Virus record (IMG/VR): IMGVR_UViG_3300032290_000292
Location: 1-29,441 of that record
From: a virus
Lineage: Duplodnaviria > Caudoviricetes
Reading direction: 5' to 3' (one strand)
Length of the DNA: 29,441 nt
Shown here: one piece after another, positions 24,722 through 29,441 of the stretch
Numbering within the stretch: the stretch's first letter is position 1
Layout: each line of letters begins with the position of its first letter
The notes under the pieces: generated by a model
Told to the model about the DNA's origin: nothing
The model's database searches: none
What the model saw: only the letters and a program-made list of their open reading frames with translations
Translations under genes and position numbers: made by a program

Positions 24722-25728
24722 TACTTAGCCTCCAGAGCGGCGAGACGGGCTTCAAAAGCGGCGTTCGCGGCCTCAAGCGCGTCGTTCTTGGCGGATAGTT
24801 CTTGGATGGCGGCGACAAGGTGGACCACGATCTTGCTGTAATCTACGCCCTGCGGCCTGATTGAACCGTCATCGTTAACGGCATCTTTTTCGCCAGTAAC
24901 AGCTTGTGGAATGACACCTTGAAGTTCGTGAGCGATGAAACCTTCGCCCTGCGATTTGTCTCTAACCCAATCGTAAGTGACGGGCTTTAACGCGCTGACT
25001 GTCGCCAGTCCACTTATCATTGGCCTGACGTTTTCTTTCAACCTGTAGTCGGAAGATGTGTTGTAGGCGGTTGAAGATGTATTTGTTGTTATGCTCCCCA
25101 CTTGTGTAGTTCCAAAATAAAAAGCAGTTAAATTGCAATCAGTCCTATCTGTTCTCGCAATAAATGCAGAATAACCACTTGCTGAAGCGGCAGATTGGGC
25201 AGATATGCCATTGGAATTGCCAGCTCTAGTAGAAATTAGTCCACTTGTCCAATTTGATGTTTGCCCCACCAGCAAATTGCCGCTGGTGTCGATGCGGGCG
25301 CGCTCGCCATTGACGGTTGAAAACACATAACCGCTTGCGACTGCTTGACTACCATAGAAAGTCAGCAACCCATTGCTGGTATCTCTGCCAATGTCGTAGT
25401 AGTTGGAGCCGCCAGCGTCACCAATACGCATTTGGTAATTAGTCCCGGACTCCTCAATATCCAACTTGCGCGCAGGCGTTGTCGTCCCAATCCCAACATT
25501 CTGGCTCGTATTAACCGTCATCGCAGTCGTGCCAGCCGACTGTATGGTGAGAGCCGTGGAGGCGGGGCTGGTGATGGTTGTAGCAGTAAGCGTCCCGCTA
25601 AACGTCGGGCTTGCCGTCAGCGCCACGGTGCCGGTCGTATTGGGCAGCGTCAGTGTGGTGTCAGACGCAGCCGCGCCAGCATCGAGAGTGACAGAGCCGC
25701 CACCGGAGCCTTTGATTGATACGGGCAT
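24721..25728 (-). CDS. Tail fibre with C-terminal intramolecular chaperone (Peptidase_S74)
   Basis: NVGIGTT.P, ER.RID.SGNLLVG shaft motifs; TSSDYRLKEN autocleavage site, GFIAHELQ, VDYSK.V..L..AIQEL. Confidence 0.88.
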   Translation of the reverse strand: MPVSIKGSGGGSVTLDAGAAASDTTLTLPNTTGTVALTASPTFSGTLTATTITSPASTALTIQSAGTTAMTVNTSQNVGIGTTTPARKLDIEESGTNYQMRIGDAGGSNYYDIGRDTSNGLLTFYGSQAVASGYVFSTVNGERARIDTSGNLLVGQTSNWTSGLISTRAGNSNGISAQSAASASGYSAFIARTDRTDCNLTAFYFGTTQVGSITTNTSSTAYNTSSDYRLKENVRPMISGLATVSALKPVTYDWVRDKSQGEGFIAHELQGVIPQAVTGEKDAVNDDGSIRPQGVDYSKIVVHLVAAIQELSAKNDALEAANAAFEARLAALEAK

Positions 25729-25729
25729 C

Positions 25730-26272
25730 TTAAACCACCGATCCGTTAGTGAAGTGGATTATATCGTTGCGGCACAACCTTTGTATAGTCGGCCTGCTAC
25801 ATCCAACAATAACAGCCATTTTGCGGGATGAAAGTTTGAGCGCGGCCATCATTTCCATCAGATCGCTCGCTTCTTCCATTGTGAATAGGGCTACACTTTG
25901 CCCAGCTCTTTGTCGCATCATTTTATAATGTTCTTTAGTTGGACTCGTCCAAAGACCAGTTTTTACAGAATGGCGCATGTTTTCTTTCGGCGATGACCAT
26001 TCAAGATTACCAACGGCATTATTAAGCTTATTCCCATCTTTGTGGTTTACTTCATTCTTCCCATCCACTCGGTCAAGAAAATGTTCTGCAACAAGGCGGT
26101 GAAGTGAGCGCCCTGCTTGAATGCCGTTTTGCATAAGCGTGACTGTTACATAATGGTTGTTTCCACCGCGCATGTTTCCAGACATACGCCGTTCTTTCTC
26201 ACGCTTGCGACTAATGACGTAGCCGTCCGAATGGATGAAGTAGTCTGGAAAGTCTTTGATCGGCTTTTCCAT
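25730..26272 (-). CDS. NUMOD4-HNH homing endonuclease with C-terminal HTH
   Basis: KPIKDFPDY.I.SDG.V, HRLVAEHF, VNHKDGNKLNN.V.NLEW....EN..H; start at TAATG overlap 26272. Confidence 0.88.
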   Translation of the reverse strand: MEKPIKDFPDYFIHSDGYVISRKREKERRMSGNMRGGNNHYVTVTLMQNGIQAGRSLHRLVAEHFLDRVDGKNEVNHKDGNKLNNAVGNLEWSSPKENMRHSVKTGLWTSPTKEHYKMMRQRAGQSVALFTMEEASDLMEMMAALKLSSRKMAVIVGCSRPTIQRLCRNDIIHFTNGSVV

Positions 26273-26484
26273 TACACAATTGTCCAAGTTGAGCCCGACG
26301 GGACGGTAATCGTCGCGCCACTGTTGATGGTTACGGGACCAGCCGTCATTGCGTTTTTGTTGGTCGGTACTGTGTAGTTATAGGCAATCGTCGAGTCATT
26401 GACGAAGAAAGCCTTGTCCTTGCCGCCACCCAAGGGCTGCGCAGGATTAGGAACCGACCTGAGATAGCCTGAACTCGAAGGCAT
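26272..26484 (-). CDS. Small virion structural protein
   Basis: NYTVP..KNAM.AGPVTI.SG.TITVPSGS.WTIV motif common in tail modules. Confidence 0.7.
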   Translation of the reverse strand: MPSSSGYLRSVPNPAQPLGGGKDKAFFVNDSTIAYNYTVPTNKNAMTAGPVTINSGATITVPSGSTWTIV

Positions 26485-26496
26485 AGTAGACCCCTA

Positions 26497-26823
26497 TCAG
26501 CTAAGCTCAAGGACAGACACCATGGCATCTGCGGATGCAGCCGCCGAGGTAAGAACCTTCAAGGCGTCAGCAGCGATCATATTGATCTTTTGGTCGCCGC
26601 CAGCCATCACGAAGGTGGATCCAACGGGGACCGTGGCGCCCTTGATGACGTAGTAGTTGACCGCAGACCTGGTGATGTAAATATCAACCGTGATGTCAGC
26701 CGCCGAGGTATTTGCTACAGACAGGCCTACAACTGTGGAGGTTGTGGCTGCGGCAACTGTCGTCAGGGTCGAGGCAGATGTGCCAACGTCCTTGGCAAAG
26801 TAGGAAGTGAAAACGCTGGCCAT
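26497..26823 (-). CDS. Virion structural protein (tail module)
   Basis: VVGLSVAN, IKGA.VP.GS, GG.QK, D.LKV, SVLE. Confidence 0.7.
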   Translation of the reverse strand: MASVFTSYFAKDVGTSASTLTTVAAATTSTVVGLSVANTSAADITVDIYITRSAVNYYVIKGATVPVGSTFVMAGGDQKINMIAADALKVLTSAAASADAMVSVLELS

Positions 26824-26833
26824 GGGAGGGCTC

Positions 26834-27919
26834 CTATTCGGCGGCTATCATATCCGATCCGGGGGGTGCTGTCACGAAGTCGAGGTTCGCCCGCAGGCGT
26901 AGGTCGTCAGGCGATTTCTCCACGGCAAGGCGAGCCTGCTCAATTGAGATCTCGGTCATGCCAAGATGCCAGGCCGCAATCGAGGCAAGGTCATGGGCTT
27001 GATGACCCCACACAGCGGGGTCGCAAGTGTAGACCTTAAGCCGATCGGTGATCCTGAGCGCCCGCATGGCGTAGGCGAAGCATTCTTCCCAGCGCTGCTG
27101 ACGGTACATGAGCATGGCTAGTTCGCACCAAGGCTCACGAGTGTTGGGCGCCTCGCCAGCCGCAGAGTGAAAGGCCTGCTCGGCCTCCTGGGATAATCCT
27201 ACCTCGCTGTAGCACCGCCCCATAACCCGATAGGCGTAGCACCGCTCATTCTGCCATGTGGCTCGGGGAAGCTTGAGGTAGCTCTTGCAGGCCTCAATGG
27301 CCTCCCACCAACGGGCATGGAAACTGAGCTCTCTGGCATAATAGAAGGCGTTGCGCGGGCAATCTGGATCCTCTTTTACGGAAAGCTCCAGAAGATCCAT
27401 GTATTGTCCCCGGCTCTTTGTCGGGTCCGGCTTGTGGACTGCAAGGAGCATGTCTGTCTGCGCCCAGACTTCTTCAATGCGCCCGTCAGGGACAGGATAT
27501 TCGTGGCAGGGGTGATGCCACATGTAGCCCTTTCGGGCGTGGATCTTTTCGTAATAAAAGCTGATGCCGCATCCCCAATCGAACATGTAGCGGAGCCGGG
27601 TGGTTCCTTCGGTCCATACACGCTCAATCTCCTCTCTCCAGCCTGGCTCTAGCAGCTCGTCAAGATCAAGACTAATGCATATATCCACATCGCGAGGTAC
27701 AAGGGCAAGAGCAGCATTACGAGCCAGATCAAAGCGCCAAGGAGCGATACATATGTCATGAACTGTAGCGCCAGATGCGCGAGCTCTCTCAACAGTTCCA
27801 TCGGTGCTCCCCGTATCGGCAATGAGGATGATGTCGGCGTCTTTCGCCGATTCGCAGAACCGCTCGACGAACTGCTCTTCGTTCTTGCTGATTGCGTAGA
27901 CGGCGATCTTTAATGGCAT
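26834..27919 (-). CDS. GT2-family glycosyltransferase with TPR-like C-terminus
   Basis: I.KNEE, ADTGSTDGT, FD.ARN.AL, SLDLDE (DXD), HE; helical FYYAREL/RCY/REPW repeats. Confidence 0.88.
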   Translation of the reverse strand: MPLKIAVYAISKNEEQFVERFCESAKDADIILIADTGSTDGTVERARASGATVHDICIAPWRFDLARNAALALVPRDVDICISLDLDELLEPGWREEIERVWTEGTTRLRYMFDWGCGISFYYEKIHARKGYMWHHPCHEYPVPDGRIEEVWAQTDMLLAVHKPDPTKSRGQYMDLLELSVKEDPDCPRNAFYYARELSFHARWWEAIEACKSYLKLPRATWQNERCYAYRVMGRCYSEVGLSQEAEQAFHSAAGEAPNTREPWCELAMLMYRQQRWEECFAYAMRALRITDRLKVYTCDPAVWGHQAHDLASIAAWHLGMTEISIEQARLAVEKSPDDLRLRANLDFVTAPPGSDMIAAE

Positions 27920-27922
27920 ATT

Positions 27923-28120
27923 TTACCCCGCATTCGCCAGCGACTGTATCTGCGCCGAGATAGCAGCAAGCTGTGCCTGCAACTCCGCCAGCGTCGGCTT
28001 GGGAGCCTCAGGCTCAGGCGGCAGAGACGCAGCATAAGCCAGCGCCGCAGCCTCTTCCTCTGGGGTGAACTGGATGACCTTCACTTCACCCGTCTGGACA
28101 TTGACTTCGGTGCGTTCCAT
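27923..28120 (-). CDS. Small tail fibre partner/chaperone-like protein
   Basis: EVNVQTGEV...T.EE, PTL.ELQAQL; ggagg RBS. Confidence 0.65.
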   Translation of the reverse strand: MERTEVNVQTGEVKVIQFTPEEEAAALAYAASLPPEPEAPKPTLAELQAQLAAISAQIQSLANAG

Positions 28121-28129
28121 GTGAGCCTC

Positions 28130-28759
28130 CTATTCGTAGAGAATGTTGACGGAACTGCCAGCATTAAAAGTAACCGTCCCATTCATGTAGATGCGAACTG
28201 CTGTTACCACAGCACCGGCACTTATATACCCACCAGCGATGTACCCTACTGCGGTGTCGCTTCTAGCGGAAACTCCACTGCATACCCAATTATCGCCGGT
28301 CAATGACGAAACAACATATGACCCATGAAATTTTCCCGTCGTTGCTGGATTGTTCCCTATGCCAAAACCTGCTGTAATAAGCAATGGAGTCGGAGTTCCT
28401 GAGACCGAAACAAGACTGCCTAAATACCCACTCGTTATCCAAGTTGGAGTTGAACCAGTCCCTAATTGAATTAAAATTTGGCTCGTTCCACTGATGCCTA
28501 AATTATATAACTGCACTGTTATTCTTTTTGTCCAAGAAGGAAGATTTACGAATGCGACGCTTGTCGATCCAGAAACAGATTGCAATGTCCCCTGCACGAT
28601 CTTCTGCGTCGATGACCACACAGACCCGTCAGCGGTAAATAGCACATTGCCCGCAGTCGTTGGCGACACGCTTGCGCCAAGCCCGCCGTAGCCGCCAGCG
28701 AGAATGCCGGAGGAACTAGCACCCTGCGCGAGAACTGAGATGTTGCGAGAGATGGTCAT
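28130..28759 (-). CDS. Tail fibre/spike tip protein, paralog B
   Basis: F..LPSW.KRITV, QLGT, SGY, terminal ILYE. Confidence 0.7.
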   Translation of the reverse strand: MTISRNISVLAQGASSSGILAGGYGGLGASVSPTTAGNVLFTADGSVWSSTQKIVQGTLQSVSGSTSVAFVNLPSWTKRITVQLYNLGISGTSQILIQLGTGSTPTWITSGYLGSLVSVSGTPTPLLITAGFGIGNNPATTGKFHGSYVVSSLTGDNWVCSGVSARSDTAVGYIAGGYISAGAVVTAVRIYMNGTVTFNAGSSVNILYE

Positions 28760-28769
28760 TGGTTATCCC

Positions 28770-29441
28770 TCATTCGTACAGGATGCTGACAGTTCCGCCG
28801 TTGTAGTTGGCAGAACTTAGAATTTGCACAGCGGTTAATGTTGCACCAAGAGCAATAATTCCACCACCGCCGCCAGACATAAGTGTGCCGGTACGGCCAA
28901 AATTCATAGTCCCCATCCAAGTGTTTCCAGTCAAATTAGTTAAAGTGACGGTCCCATAGATTGCAGCGTTGGCCGCATATCCAGTGTTAATAGTAAAACC
29001 AGACGAAAGCGCAGAAGCCGCGCTGGCAGTTCCGTTAAAGGTGAGACCAAGTGCGCCCGTGTATCCAGATGTTGTATATGTCGGCGTTGCACCCGTCCCA
29101 AGCTGCACCACCATAGTCGCGCCACCAGTGGCGCTAGTAAGCGCAGAGAACTGCAATACTATGCGCTTTACCCATGCTGGCAGTCCAGTAAAAGATGCAG
29201 CGGCTGTTCCAGAAGGCGAAACTGACGCTGACTGCACAATCTTCTGCGTAGATGACCACACAGACCCATCTGAGGTAAAGAGAACATTGCCCGCAGTCGC
29301 AGGAGAAGCGCCCCCCTGAATGCTAGTGGAGCCGGTCCAAGTAGCTATCTGCCCGTTTGTCGGCGTTCCAGTGATGGTGACGCCGCCCGTGAACGTGCCA
29401 ATGTTGATGGCTAGAACGTCAACAATGTCGCCCGCCGCAGC
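28770..29441 (-). CDS. Tail fibre protein, paralog A, 5'-truncated by window edge
   Basis: Frame stays open to 29441 (AAAGDIVDVLAIN...AGNVLFTSDGSVWSSTQKIVQ...ILYE); same C-terminal domain as 28130-28759. Confidence 0.72.
   Translation of the reverse strand, partial: AAAGDIVDVLAINIGTFTGGVTITGTPTNGQIATWTGSTSIQGGASPATAGNVLFTSDGSVWSSTQKIVQSASVSPSGTAAASFTGLPAWVKRIVLQFSALTSATGGATMVVQLGTGATPTYTTSGYTGALGLTFNGTASAASALSSGFTINTGYAANAAIYGTVTLTNLTGNTWMGTMNFGRTGTLMSGGGGGIIALGATLTAVQILSSANYNGGTVSILYE

Noticed and set aside
20263-26272. Group I introns hosting the two HNH genes
   Set aside because: Both HNH ORFs abut or overlap intact neighbouring genes, leaving no room for intron core sequence
1-29441. 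Alternative genetic code or stop-codon recoding
   Set aside because: Standard-code ORFs tile both blocks densely, and TAA, TAG and TGA all serve as stops

Overview
Fragment of a tailed dsDNA phage genome, probably podovirus-like. A GcrA-like gene and DnaA/CtrA-type domains suggest an alphaproteobacterial host. Two convergent gene blocks meet at about 10,400. The + strand block (1-10415) encodes recombination and replication functions (AAA ATPase, DUF669-type SSB, Cas4-like PD-(D/E)XK nuclease, SF2 helicase, VRR-NUC) and a secreted lytic transglycosylase. It then carries a cluster of truncated look-alikes of cell-cycle regulators (GcrA C-terminal domain, DnaA domain IV, receiver-less OmpR/CtrA-type winged helix), an array of small genes built from shared DNA repeats, and a GT32-type glycosyltransferase. 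The - strand block (29441-10396) encodes paired paralogous tail/receptor-binding genes, a GT2-TPR glycosyltransferase, a NUMOD4-HNH nuclease and an S74-chaperone tail fibre. It continues with a sigma70 promoter, a lysis cassette split by an HNH gene, tail/adaptor proteins and probable ejection proteins. No rRNA, tRNA, CRISPR array, integrase or reverse transcriptase was seen. All family calls are motif recognition by eye, not database searches.
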